A stretch of 41,119 nt of DNA from a virus (lineage: Duplodnaviria > Heunggongvirae > Uroviricota > Caudoviricetes). The position numbers and the translations under genes were made by a program. The notes beneath the pieces are model-generated. The model was not told the origin of the DNA, ran no database searches, and saw only the letters and a program-made list of their open reading frames with translations. Every line of letters starts with the position of its first letter. The stretch's first letter is position 1. Location: the IMG/VR virus record IMGVR_UViG_3300043410_001642, positions 1 to 41,119 of that record. One strand, given 5' to 3'. This document shows positions 9,967 to 19,511 of the stretch, one piece after another.

Positions 9967-9998
9967 GTTGGAAATATCAGAAAAAAGTCGTATATTTG
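9967..9998 (+). promoter_or_regulatory. Bacteroidota-type promoter upstream of glycosyltransferase-polymerase pair
   Basis: GTTG(GAA) 9967-9970, 20-nt spacer, TATATTTG 9991-9998. Confidence 0.7.
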
Positions 9999-10021
9999 TT
10001 CCAACAAAAATTATAGAAAAA

Positions 10022-11128
10022 ATGGTGTTTTGGGAAGGTGCTAATAGTAGTTCAGCTAGAAAGGTATTAATTATACCTAACATAACAAACCTAAAGAATT
10101 TAGAAAAAGATTCATTCATAGATGTAATCTATAATCATATAATCTCCCTCAATAAGGAGGGGGATTATTTTTTTCACTTAATCCTACCAAAAGCAGTAGG
10201 TAAATTAAATTTACCAAATGTTCAACAACATTTAGTTGATATTTCTGGAAACATTCTTGCAATGAGAGTTGTGTTTCCAATTGAAATAATGAAACTATTA
10301 AAGAATTTGGAATATGATGTAGTTTATTCTCATATGCCAGATTGGTTTCAGGTAGCAAGATTCACACAAAAAGACATAGTTGGGTATTCTCATTGGTTTG
10401 AAATGAGAAGTTGTAATGCCGAAGACCGTTTGGCTAATTTTAGAAATATGGTTGTGGCTTTGTATCAAGTTACCCGAATGAAATGTTGTTATCTTAATAC
10501 AAAAGAACAAAAAGATAGAATCATTGAAGAGGCAAAAGAATGGTTTAATGATAATGTTATTAATACATTAGAAGAGAAATTAGTAGTTTGGAATTTAGGA
10601 GTTCCTTCTGATAAAATATTAGATAAACCTTCAGAGGAAAAAGAAAATGTAATTGTATTCAATCATAGATGTATTGCAAATAAAAACTATTCTGGATTTA
10701 TTAAATTGATGAAAGAATATAGAGAAAGAAGACAGGATTTCGTTGTATGGCTTCCTCAATTAAGTGATACTCCGGAAGAGAGTTGGATGGATAATTCTAA
10801 ATTGGATAAAGAAGAATACTATAAGAAACTACAAAAATGTAAAGTAGGGGTTCAGATGAGACAAACACATTATGGTTGGAGTGTAGCTGCAACTGATTGT
10901 ATGATGAACGGAACTCCTATGATATTTCAAGAATCTGATTGTTACAAAGAGATAGACCCAACGGCACATTTCTTCAAATACAAAAAGGATTTCTTTGATA
11001 TGTTGGATAAATTCTTAGATGATGAAAGTTATAGAAAGGAATATGAATTAAAGGCGTTAGAGAGAAGCATTCAACTTTCTAACAACGATGATAAAATGAT
11101 TAAAGAACTACATAAACAATTGAATTAG
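10022..11128 (+). CDS. GT-B fold glycosyltransferase (candidate DNA-modifying enzyme)
   Basis: C-terminal IVFNHR...KNY..F, YYKKLQKCKVG, GWSVAATDCMMNGTP resembles the GT-B donor-binding domain; start set to ATG 10022 because the TTG 9968 extension spans the promoter. Confidence 0.65.
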   Translation: MVFWEGANSSSARKVLIIPNITNLKNLEKDSFIDVIYNHIISLNKEGDYFFHLILPKAVGKLNLPNVQQHLVDISGNILAMRVVFPIEIMKLLKNLEYDVVYSHMPDWFQVARFTQKDIVGYSHWFEMRSCNAEDRLANFRNMVVALYQVTRMKCCYLNTKEQKDRIIEEAKEWFNDNVINTLEEKLVVWNLGVPSDKILDKPSEEKENVIVFNHRCIANKNYSGFIKLMKEYRERRQDFVVWLPQLSDTPEESWMDNSKLDKEEYYKKLQKCKVGVQMRQTHYGWSVAATDCMMNGTPMIFQESDCYKEIDPTAHFFKYKKDFFDMLDKFLDDESYRKEYELKALERSIQLSNNDDKMIKELHKQLN

Positions 11129-13662
11129 TGTATCAAAACATATATTTTCAGAGAAACAATAATACTATCCACATTTGGGATGATGTAAAGGGATATTTCA
11201 CAATGCCGTATCAACGATATGCATTCAAACCTGCACTCAATGGAGAATGGGAAAGTATTTACGGAGATAGATTAACAAAAGTTTTTAAGTATTCAAAAGA
11301 TGATGAAGGTTTATTTGAAACGGATGTGCCGGAAGTAACCCGAACATTAGTTGATTTATATACCAATTCGGATATTCCATCAAAGGGACATAAAATCTTA
11401 ACATTTGACATTGAGGTTGAAATGGAAACTGGAATGCCCGATACTGAAAAGGCATTGAATGAAATCACTTCTATTGCGATGCATGATTCGGTAGATGGTT
11501 CTCAATATGTTTTGATTTTAGATAAAGATAGAAAAGTTAGTAAAAGAGAAAAGGATAATATTTCAATTTTACCATTTGATACCGAACAAGAATTATTACA
11601 AAAATTTTTAACAATATATGAAAGTATTGCTCCAACGATTTTAACAGGTTGGAACATTGACTTCTTTGATATTCCTTATTTATATAATCGTTTGAAAAAT
11701 GTTGTAGGTGAAAGAAATGCAAAAAGATTATCACCTATTAAAGAAATGTTTTTCTCTCCATATAGAAAGAGATGGTTTATCGGAGGAGTATCTGCATTAG
11801 ACTACTTAACCCTTTATCAGAAATACAACTACAAAGAATTAGATAACTATCGTTTAGATACTGTCGCAAGAATTGAGTTGGGTAGAGGTAAAGTAGAATA
11901 TACCGGTAACTTAGATGAGTTATTCAAAAACGATATTGAAAAGTTTATTGAGTATAACTTAGAAGACGTTAGATTGATTGTAGATATGGATAAGAAACTA
12001 CAATTTATTGAATTAGTTAGAGGTATCTGTCATGCCGGTCATATTGCTTATGATGATTTTATCTTTGCAGGTAGAATTATGGAAGGAGCACTTTTATGTT
12101 TCTTAAGACAAAGAGGATTGGTAGCATCTAATAAAATGAAGAAAGAAGATTCAGATGCACGAATTGATGCGATGAGAGAAAGTGGAGGCATTGATGAAGG
12201 TGCAAAAGATGAGAAGTTTATCGGAGCATATGTAAAAGACCCGATTGTTGGAAAGCACGATTGGATTTATGACTTGGATTTAACATCACTATATCCATCA
12301 ATTATTATGAGTTTGAATATTTCACCGGAAACAAAGATGACAAAGGTGGAAGATTGGGATATTGAAAGATATATTAAAGGATTGGATGAAACATATACTA
12401 TTATGGGTAAGACCGTTAGTAGAGAAAGATTTCAACAATTCATAAAAGATAATGATTATGCTATTTCATCAAATGGTGTAATTTATAGAAGAGATAAAAA
12501 AGGATGTATTCCATCAATCTTAGAAGAGTGGTTTCAAAAGCGTGTGGAGTATCGTAAGTTGGAAAAGAAATATGGTGAGGAGGGTGATAAAGAACAATAT
12601 GCATTCTATGGTAAAAGACAATTGGTGCAAAAAATCTTATTAAACTCATTATATGGTGTATTGGGATTACCTTCATTCCGTTTCTATGATATTGATAATG
12701 CGGAAGCAGTAACTACAACAGGCCAGACAGTAATTAAAAATACTGCTAATATGTTGAATATCAAATACAATAAAGAATTGGGAACAAAGGATATAGATTA
12801 CAATATCTACATTGATACGGATTCAGTATTCTTTTCATCAGTTCCTTTATTAGACCATAGATTTCCTAATTGGAGAAATGAAGATGATGAAGAAATTGCC
12901 TTAAAAGTGGATGCTATTGCAGGTGAGAGCCAAAACTTCTTAAATAACTTCTATGATATGTTAGCATCAAAAGCATTTAACATTGATACACATAGATTGC
13001 AAATTAAAAAAGAGTTTGTTTCTAAGGCAGGATTTTGGGTAGCAAAGAAAAGATATGCACAATGGATTATTGCGGAGAATGGTATTAAATGTGACCAACT
13101 GCAAGTAAAAGGATTGGATGTGGTTCGTTCATCATTTCCTCAATCGTTCAAAGATTTTATGAAACAAACTTTGATTGATATTCTAAGAGGTGAGCAAAAG
13201 GAAACTATGGATGAAAAAATCATAACATTTAAATCATCTCTACCATTAGTAAAGCCGTATAACATTGCAAAGAGTAGTTCAGTTAAAGAATTATCTAAAT
13301 ATACACCTGCTAAAGGAGCAATGTTCCAATTTATGAAAGGAACTCCTGCCCATGTTAAAGCAGCATGGACTTACAATCAATTATTAAAACACTTTAATTG
13401 TGGTTTCAAATATTCACCTATGAAGAATGGTGATAAAATGAAATGGGTATATCTTAAACAAAACCCATTAGGATTGGAAACTATTGCATTTAAGGGTGCA
13501 GATGACCCGGAAGAAATTGAATCATTCGTAAAGAATTACATAGATTACGATATGATTTTTGAAAGAGAAATGCAGAATAAATTAGAGGATTTTTATAGAG
13601 CATTAAGTTGGGGAAATTTACAATTGAAAATCACTAAATCTGATAAATTTTTCTCATTTTAA
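11128..13662 (+). CDS. family B DNA polymerase (T4 gp43-like)
   Basis: Exo motifs FDIEVE, GWNIDFFDIPY, YNLEDV; pol motifs DLTSLYPS, KILLNSLYG, YIDTDS, KKRYA; GTG start overlaps upstream TAG. Confidence 0.96.
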   Translation: MYQNIYFQRNNNTIHIWDDVKGYFTMPYQRYAFKPALNGEWESIYGDRLTKVFKYSKDDEGLFETDVPEVTRTLVDLYTNSDIPSKGHKILTFDIEVEMETGMPDTEKALNEITSIAMHDSVDGSQYVLILDKDRKVSKREKDNISILPFDTEQELLQKFLTIYESIAPTILTGWNIDFFDIPYLYNRLKNVVGERNAKRLSPIKEMFFSPYRKRWFIGGVSALDYLTLYQKYNYKELDNYRLDTVARIELGRGKVEYTGNLDELFKNDIEKFIEYNLEDVRLIVDMDKKLQFIELVRGICHAGHIAYDDFIFAGRIMEGALLCFLRQRGLVASNKMKKEDSDARIDAMRESGGIDEGAKDEKFIGAYVKDPIVGKHDWIYDLDLTSLYPSIIMSLNISPETKMTKVEDWDIERYIKGLDETYTIMGKTVSRERFQQFIKDNDYAISSNGVIYRRDKKGCIPSILEEWFQKRVEYRKLEKKYGEEGDKEQYAFYGKRQLVQKILLNSLYGVLGLPSFRFYDIDNAEAVTTTGQTVIKNTANMLNIKYNKELGTKDIDYNIYIDTDSVFFSSVPLLDHRFPNWRNEDDEEIALKVDAIAGESQNFLNNFYDMLASKAFNIDTHRLQIKKEFVSKAGFWVAKKRYAQWIIAENGIKCDQLQVKGLDVVRSSFPQSFKDFMKQTLIDILRGEQKETMDEKIITFKSSLPLVKPYNIAKSSSVKELSKYTPAKGAMFQFMKGTPAHVKAAWTYNQLLKHFNCGFKYSPMKNGDKMKWVYLKQNPLGLETIAFKGADDPEEIESFVKNYIDYDMIFEREMQNKLEDFYRALSWGNLQLKITKSDKFFSF

Positions 13663-13694
13663 TTTGGAAAATCAAAATAAAACAACTATATTTA
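13663..13694 (+). promoter_or_regulatory. Bacteroidota-type promoter upstream of sliding clamp
   Basis: TTTG(GAA) 13663-13666, 20-nt spacer, TATATTTA 13687-13694. Confidence 0.6.
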
Positions 13695-13727
13695 CAAAAA
13701 TAAAAAATAAAAATTAAAACAATCGTT

Positions 13728-14444
13728 ATGGACAAAAATCGTTTAAATCGTTTCATTTCTAAGTATAACTTAGCTGGGTTAGTAGAATCAGTATCTTGGA
13801 AATCAGAAGGAAACACATTAACCACAAAATTCATTTCAGATGATAAGACCGTATTAGGTTCAGTATCAGTAAGTGAATTTGAATTTGAAGATTCTACTAT
13901 TGGTGTGTATAACACAAACACATTAAAAAGTTTGTTAGGTGTATTAGGAAATGACATCAACATTACATTAAAGAAAGCTGATGAAAAACCTATTTCATTA
14001 TCTTTAACATCGGATTCAACTACTATTCAGTATCAATTAGCTGATTTGGCGGTTATTCCAAATGTACCAGATTTGAAACAATTACCTGAATTCGGTATCT
14101 CAATTGATATGGATGGTAATTTTATTGAGAAATTCATCAAAGCTAAATCAGCATTGAGTGATATTGATAACTTTACAGTTTTATCTGAAAAAGGTAAATT
14201 GAAAATTGTAATTGGTTATTCTAATATCAATACAAATAGAGTTGAATTGGTAGTAAATGATGCATTTGATGGTGAAGTTAAACCAATTTCATTCTCTGCT
14301 AAATACTTTAAGGAAATCCTTTCTGCTAACAAAGAAGCTAACAAAGCAACTTTAAAAGTATCTAAAGAAGGTTTAGCAAATGTAGATTTTTCAGTTGATG
14401 GATTTACTTCATCTTATTATTTAGTAGAAGTACAATTATCATAA
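13728..14444 (+). CDS. sliding clamp (gp45/PCNA-like)
   Basis: 238 aa beta-rich protein, IGVYNT..L..LL, ISFSAKYFKEIL, SSYYLV; directly upstream of clamp loader. Confidence 0.8.
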   Translation: MDKNRLNRFISKYNLAGLVESVSWKSEGNTLTTKFISDDKTVLGSVSVSEFEFEDSTIGVYNTNTLKSLLGVLGNDINITLKKADEKPISLSLTSDSTTIQYQLADLAVIPNVPDLKQLPEFGISIDMDGNFIEKFIKAKSALSDIDNFTVLSEKGKLKIVIGYSNINTNRVELVVNDAFDGEVKPISFSAKYFKEILSANKEANKATLKVSKEGLANVDFSVDGFTSSYYLVEVQLS

Positions 14445-14461
14445 TTTAACCCAATCAAAGT

Positions 14462-15409
14462 ATGAGTTTTTTTGAACAACAAGAAGAAGTAGTTCATTCA
14501 CTTTGGGTAGAAAAATATAGACCTACAAAGTTGGATGATTATGTAGGTAATGAAAATCTTAAAGCAAAGGTAAAGGGATATTTACAAAGTGGTGATATCC
14601 CTCACCTATTGTTTTATGGAAAAGCGGGAACGGGAAAAACAACATTGGCTAAACTGATTGTTAAAAACATTGAATGTGATGTTATGACAATCAATGCATC
14701 AGATGAAAATAATGTTGATACAGTTCGTAATAAAGTGAAAAACTTTGCAAGTGGTGTAGGATTTAAACCATATAAGGTTGTTATCTTAGATGAGTTTGAT
14801 TATATGACACCAAATGCACAGGCATTGTTAAGAAACTTAATGGAAACATTTTCTAAACATTGTAGATTCATTTTGACTTGTAATTACATTGAGAAAATCA
14901 TTTTACCGATTCAAAGTAGATGTCAATCTTTCCAAATCGTTCCACCTACTAAAAAAGATGTAGCGGTTCAAATCGCATCAATCTTAAAGAAAGAAGATAT
15001 ACAGTTTAATCCATCTGATTTAGTTCCTATTGTAGATGCTTATTATCCGGATATTCGCAAAATTATCAATACTTGCCAATTGGCTTGTGTAGATGGTGTT
15101 CTTAAAACGGATAGTGCTACAATTGTAGATACTGATTTTAGATTAAAGTTAGTTGAACTTTTAAAATCAAAAGACCAAATCAGAAATAAGTTTATGAACA
15201 TTAGACAATTGGTAGCTGATAATAGAGTTACTGATTTCACCGATACATATTCTTATTTATATGATAAGTTAGATGAGTATGCGACTGGAAATGTAGCACC
15301 TGTTATTCAGGCATTAGCTGAAGCAACTGCAAAAGATGCTTTAGTAGTTGATAAAGAAATTCAATTTATGGCTGGAATAATTGCGGTATTACAAATATTA
15401 AATAAGTAA
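14462..15409 (+). CDS. clamp loader AAA+ subunit (gp44/RFC small subunit-like)
   Basis: LWVEKYRP, PHLLFYGKAGTGKTT, INASDE, ILDEFD, RFILTCNY, IQSRC. Confidence 0.95.
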   Translation: MSFFEQQEEVVHSLWVEKYRPTKLDDYVGNENLKAKVKGYLQSGDIPHLLFYGKAGTGKTTLAKLIVKNIECDVMTINASDENNVDTVRNKVKNFASGVGFKPYKVVILDEFDYMTPNAQALLRNLMETFSKHCRFILTCNYIEKIILPIQSRCQSFQIVPPTKKDVAVQIASILKKEDIQFNPSDLVPIVDAYYPDIRKIINTCQLACVDGVLKTDSATIVDTDFRLKLVELLKSKDQIRNKFMNIRQLVADNRVTDFTDTYSYLYDKLDEYATGNVAPVIQALAEATAKDALVVDKEIQFMAGIIAVLQILNK

Positions 15410-15681
15410 TGAAACAATTATTAGTATATTTTTTTGTAATACTTTCACAATTAGCATTAGCTGTTTTTAAAGTATTAGAAATCAAATGGGTTGTTGAAAA
15501 TAATATTACAAAATCGGTTATACTATTTAATATACAAACATTATTTTGGATTGCTTCTACTGCATGGTCAGTTGATAGTTTTCTTAAAGGAGATTGGATT
15601 ACTATAATATTATTCTTATTATCAGGATCAATTGGTAAAATTGTTATTCTGAAATACTTCAAACGAAGAGAAACAATATGA
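15409..15681 (+). CDS. small multi-pass membrane protein
   Basis: 90 aa, about three hydrophobic segments; start overlaps upstream stop and stop overlaps downstream start. Confidence 0.6.
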   Translation: MKQLLVYFFVILSQLALAVFKVLEIKWVVENNITKSVILFNIQTLFWIASTAWSVDSFLKGDWITIILFLLSGSIGKIVILKYFKRRETI

Positions 15682-16445
15682 AAGAATTAGAATTTTTTGA
15701 TTTTGGTTATGAACAATTAGATGGTGATGTAAACTTACCTCCAATTGTAATTGAAGAAATTGAAGGAATATATGTAGTAAGAGAAGACCTTTTACCAGGA
15801 GGAACTAAAAGAAGAGCAGCATACAATTATGTTCTTCGTTATCCAAATATAAATAATTGGGTATATGCTTCACCAAGACAAGGATATGCACAATTAGCAT
15901 TGGCATATGTTTGTAGAGATTTAGGAAAGAAAGCAATTATATATGTTCCAGATAGTGATGAGAAAACTGATTTAACATTGGAAGCAGAAGCAGTGGGAGC
16001 AGAAGTAAATCAAGTTCCTAATGGTATGTTGACAGTAATTCAAAGAAGAGCAAAAGACAGAGTTAAAGGAAGCGAAGATACAACTGCTTTAATTCCATTT
16101 GGATTAGACCATCCAATTATTATTCAAACTATTGCAAACTTTGCTAAACAATTGCCCATAACACCAACTGAAGTGTGGAGTGTTATGAGTAGTGGAACTT
16201 TGAGTAGAGGATTACAAACTGCTTGGCCTGAAGCTAAGGTGTATGGTGTTCAGATTGGACATGGAACAACGGAAAGAGAAATGGGTAGAGCAATAACAAT
16301 TCCAAAAAGAATGCCTTTCCAAAAAGATTGTCCCATAAATGAAAGACCTCCGTTTCCTTCATCTTTGACTTATGATAGTAAAGCGTGGAAACATATTAAA
16401 GAAATGGCTTCACCCGGAGCTTTATTTTGGAATGTTGGGGCATAA
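15678..16445 (+). CDS. PLP-dependent fold type II enzyme (cysteine synthase/ACC deaminase/Trp synthase beta superfamily)
   Basis: VVREDLLPGGTKRR (Schiff-base Lys44), ASPRQGYAQLALA, SVMSSGTLSRG phosphate loop, LTYDSKAW, LFWNVG. Confidence 0.8.
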   Translation: MKELEFFDFGYEQLDGDVNLPPIVIEEIEGIYVVREDLLPGGTKRRAAYNYVLRYPNINNWVYASPRQGYAQLALAYVCRDLGKKAIIYVPDSDEKTDLTLEAEAVGAEVNQVPNGMLTVIQRRAKDRVKGSEDTTALIPFGLDHPIIIQTIANFAKQLPITPTEVWSVMSSGTLSRGLQTAWPEAKVYGVQIGHGTTEREMGRAITIPKRMPFQKDCPINERPPFPSSLTYDSKAWKHIKEMASPGALFWNVGA

Positions 16446-16457
16446 AAAAGATATAAA

Positions 16458-17687
16458 ATGTATTTAGATTATTTCGACAAATTTAAGGGAATGACTCCCT
16501 ATCTCCATATCGGTAAAGAAGAATGGACTTATATAAAAAGCACATTTGATATAAATGATGTTAAGGAAACATTAGCTGATATTCTAATGGAGTATCCTAT
16601 TCCTTATGCTGATATTAAAGAATCAGAAGCATTGGATGCATATAAGAGATTAAAAGGAACATGGTGGGCTGATATCCTTAAAGAAGGAGAATGGTTTCCG
16701 AGAAAAGCATCAGAAAGTAATTACCCTTTAACATTCAGAGGTAAACAACAATACTTCAGTAGAAATAATGTTGGTAATGAAGCATCTAATTTTTTTCAAC
16801 AAGCAAATCGTTGGAGTGTAGACGGAACAGTTTCTCCTGGGCCAAAAAGAACTTGGGAAACGAGAGAGTTTATGATTTCACTTATGGGTGGGTTATATAC
16901 TCTTAAGTTTGATGAAATTGATAGAAACTCATTGAGAACTTGTTTAGGGTTGAGAAAATACATTTGTGCACAATTTAAACCAAATGTGGCAAAAGCGTTA
17001 TATGATTATTTAAAAGTTGAAAATGTATTAGATTTTTCAGCAGGTTGGGGAGATAGAGTAGCAGGATTTTATGCAAGTGAATATGGAAAACATTATGTGG
17101 GGATTGACCCGAGAAAAGAAAATCATCCGATATACAACCAACAGGCTGAATGGTATGAAAAACATCGCACATTCTTTGAGGTTGATAAGAAAGCAGAATT
17201 CCATTGTTCTCCTGCGGAAGACTTTGATTTCACTCCATTCGAAAATCACTTTGATATTGTTTTCACATCACCCCCGTATTTCAATGTGGAGAGATATTCT
17301 TACGATGATACTCAAAGCTGGGTTAGGTATAAATCCATAGATGCTTGGAATGAAATGTTTTTACATAAAGTAATTCATAACCTATGGCCAACGATACGCA
17401 AAGGGGGTTATTTGGCAGTTAATATTGCGGATGTATATGCTAAATCAAATGATAGAGAAAAGGGATATGTGGAGATTACAAACCCAATGAATGATTATAT
17501 CAAAACATTAGGTGCTGAATATGAAGGATGTTTGGGCATGGAAATGGCCAAAAGACCTGGTTCTGCAGGAGCAGGTGCAATCATTGAAGGTGATGAAGGA
17601 AGATATACCGAAGAAGCAATTGCAAAAGCGGAAGAAGCAAAAGGTAAAAGATTTTGTGAACCAATTTGGATATGGAAAAAGCTATAA
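16458..17687 (+). CDS. amino (N4-C/N6-A) DNA methyltransferase-like protein 2
   Basis: QFKPNVAK, DFSAGWGDRV (motif I), YVGIDP, FTSPPYFNVERY (motif IV); paralog of 5696-6757. Confidence 0.8.
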   Translation: MYLDYFDKFKGMTPYLHIGKEEWTYIKSTFDINDVKETLADILMEYPIPYADIKESEALDAYKRLKGTWWADILKEGEWFPRKASESNYPLTFRGKQQYFSRNNVGNEASNFFQQANRWSVDGTVSPGPKRTWETREFMISLMGGLYTLKFDEIDRNSLRTCLGLRKYICAQFKPNVAKALYDYLKVENVLDFSAGWGDRVAGFYASEYGKHYVGIDPRKENHPIYNQQAEWYEKHRTFFEVDKKAEFHCSPAEDFDFTPFENHFDIVFTSPPYFNVERYSYDDTQSWVRYKSIDAWNEMFLHKVIHNLWPTIRKGGYLAVNIADVYAKSNDREKGYVEITNPMNDYIKTLGAEYEGCLGMEMAKRPGSAGAGAIIEGDEGRYTEEAIAKAEEAKGKRFCEPIWIWKKL

Positions 17688-18580
17688 AAAAAGTAATACT
17701 ATGGGGGTGTTCAATCGGATATGGGTTGAACGCTGATAAAGATAAAATATTTGGGCAACGAATAGCCGATTGGCTAGAAGTTCCTTTTGAAAATATATCC
17801 ATATCAGGAGCAGGAAACATTGTAGGAGCAAATGTGATATTGAATAAACCAATTGATTTTTTCAAAGATAGTTTAGTTTTATTTCAAACTACATACTTTG
17901 AAAGACAGATTGATAAGGATATGATACCAAATCCGTTCTTTGATAATCGTTTCTATAAAGAAGTATTTACAAATACATTTCAAATAGACGAATTTGAAAA
18001 GGAATATAAAACAAAAGCCGATATTTTACGAATAGATGATTGGGTTGGTTATTGGACTGATTACAAACCATTTTATGATAGAAAGTATTGGAACTATAAA
18101 CAAGATTTTGACCATAACAAATGGGTATCATATTTAAGAGAATTGTTCAAACAAAACTCTTATCATTTATATTTGGTTCATCAATGGTTTAAGAAAAATA
18201 ATATACAACATTTATTCTTTGATATTCCTGTTCCAATGATGGGATATAAATTAAAATATAGAGATTACCAATTATCGGATTGTGAATTTTATTCAAAAGC
18301 AACAATTAGATTTTTGACAGAAAGAAGTGATGAAAAAAATTCATTTTATGATAAATTCAAAGATGAAGATTTCTTTTTCATAGATGAAATAGATGAAAAG
18401 AATAAAGTTTCAGATATTCTTATAGAACCAATTTATAGCGGAACTGATACAACAATATGGAAAGAATTCCTATTGCCGGATAGACCATATGGAACACCGG
18501 ATAATTCACATCCAAATGAAGAGGGTCATAGAAAAGTATTTGAGATATTACAACAAAATATAAAACAAAAAATAAATTAA
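17666..18580 (+). CDS. SGNH-hydrolase-like hypothetical protein
   Basis: ILWGCSIGYG, NISISGAGN, C-terminal DNSHPNEEGH; start could be 17672. Confidence 0.55.
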   Translation: MDMEKAIKKVILWGCSIGYGLNADKDKIFGQRIADWLEVPFENISISGAGNIVGANVILNKPIDFFKDSLVLFQTTYFERQIDKDMIPNPFFDNRFYKEVFTNTFQIDEFEKEYKTKADILRIDDWVGYWTDYKPFYDRKYWNYKQDFDHNKWVSYLRELFKQNSYHLYLVHQWFKKNNIQHLFFDIPVPMMGYKLKYRDYQLSDCEFYSKATIRFLTERSDEKNSFYDKFKDEDFFFIDEIDEKNKVSDILIEPIYSGTDTTIWKEFLLPDRPYGTPDNSHPNEEGHRKVFEILQQNIKQKIN

Positions 18581-18585
18581 AAGTT

Positions 18586-18927
18586 ATGGCACAAATTTTA
18601 GGAAACCAACAACAACCTCAACAACCAAAATTAGATTGGTCACAGGCACAAGATTTTACTTGTTCTCATTGTGGGAGTGAATATTTCATTAATGCAGTTA
18701 TGGTAAAGAAATTTTCAAAGTTCGTTACCGGAACATCTAATGATGCGGTAATTCCAGTTGATATTTTATTATGTGGAAATTGTGGTAAACCAGTAGATGA
18801 ATTAATTCCACATCAATTAAGAAAGAAGCCTGAAGAGCAACCACAAACTGAAACAACTTTACAAACTGAAGCTCCACAAACTGAAGGAGGAGATGTTCAG
18901 AAATCTTCATTGACATTAGACCTATAA
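18586..18927 (+). CDS. zinc-ribbon-like hypothetical protein
   Basis: CSHC...CGNC pairs flanked by Q/P-rich and QTE-repeat tails. Confidence 0.65.
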   Translation: MAQILGNQQQPQQPKLDWSQAQDFTCSHCGSEYFINAVMVKKFSKFVTGTSNDAVIPVDILLCGNCGKPVDELIPHQLRKKPEEQPQTETTLQTEAPQTEGGDVQKSSLTLDL

Positions 18928-18938
18928 ATTATTGGAAT

Positions 18939-19511
18939 ATGAAAGTAATGTTTGTTTGTGCGTTAAAAGAGGAATCGGAAGGATATGATACATTATTTGA
19001 TTTCCCAATAGTTCACACAGGTGTTGGTAAGATAAATGCAGGATATAAAACCGCTTTGGGTATTATTCAACATAAACCCGATTTAGTATGTAACTTTGGA
19101 AGTTGTGGTAGTTTCACAATGGAAAAGGGTATGTTATTAAAGGTTAAAGATGTATATAATGGGGATATGGATGCGGAGCCGTTAGTTCCGTATTCTATCA
19201 CTCCGTTTGATACCGATGGTGATTACTTAACCATTGAGAATGAAGGAGTTAGCTGCTTTACGACGGAAACCTTTATTAGTAAGGAAAAGGTTCAAAATTT
19301 CTCCCCTAAAAAGTTGGAATTATTAAATAAATGTAGTATATTTGAAATGGAATTATACTCAATAACAAGAGTTTGTAAAGAGTTTAAGATACCTATTGTT
19401 TCTTACAAATGGGTTTCAGATGATGGTAACTTAAACGATTGGCAAGATAATTGTAAAATAGGGTATAGTAAATTTAAATTAGAATTCTATAACAATTATA
19501 TCGCATCTTAA
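18939..19511 (+). CDS. MTA/SAH nucleosidase-like (PNP/UDP phosphorylase superfamily)
   Basis: ALKEE, TGVGKINA, NFGSCG, FEME, KWVSD match MTAN motifs (AMxEE, GIGKVNA, NxGxAG, EME, RxxSD). Confidence 0.8.
   Translation: MKVMFVCALKEESEGYDTLFDFPIVHTGVGKINAGYKTALGIIQHKPDLVCNFGSCGSFTMEKGMLLKVKDVYNGDMDAEPLVPYSITPFDTDGDYLTIENEGVSCFTTETFISKEKVQNFSPKKLELLNKCSIFEMELYSITRVCKEFKIPIVSYKWVSDDGNLNDWQDNCKIGYSKFKLEFYNNYIAS

Noticed and set aside
1173-13662. Introns or inteins in uvsX, helicase, nrdA/nrdB, polymerase
   Set aside because: All are uninterrupted and of normal length with motifs at expected spacing
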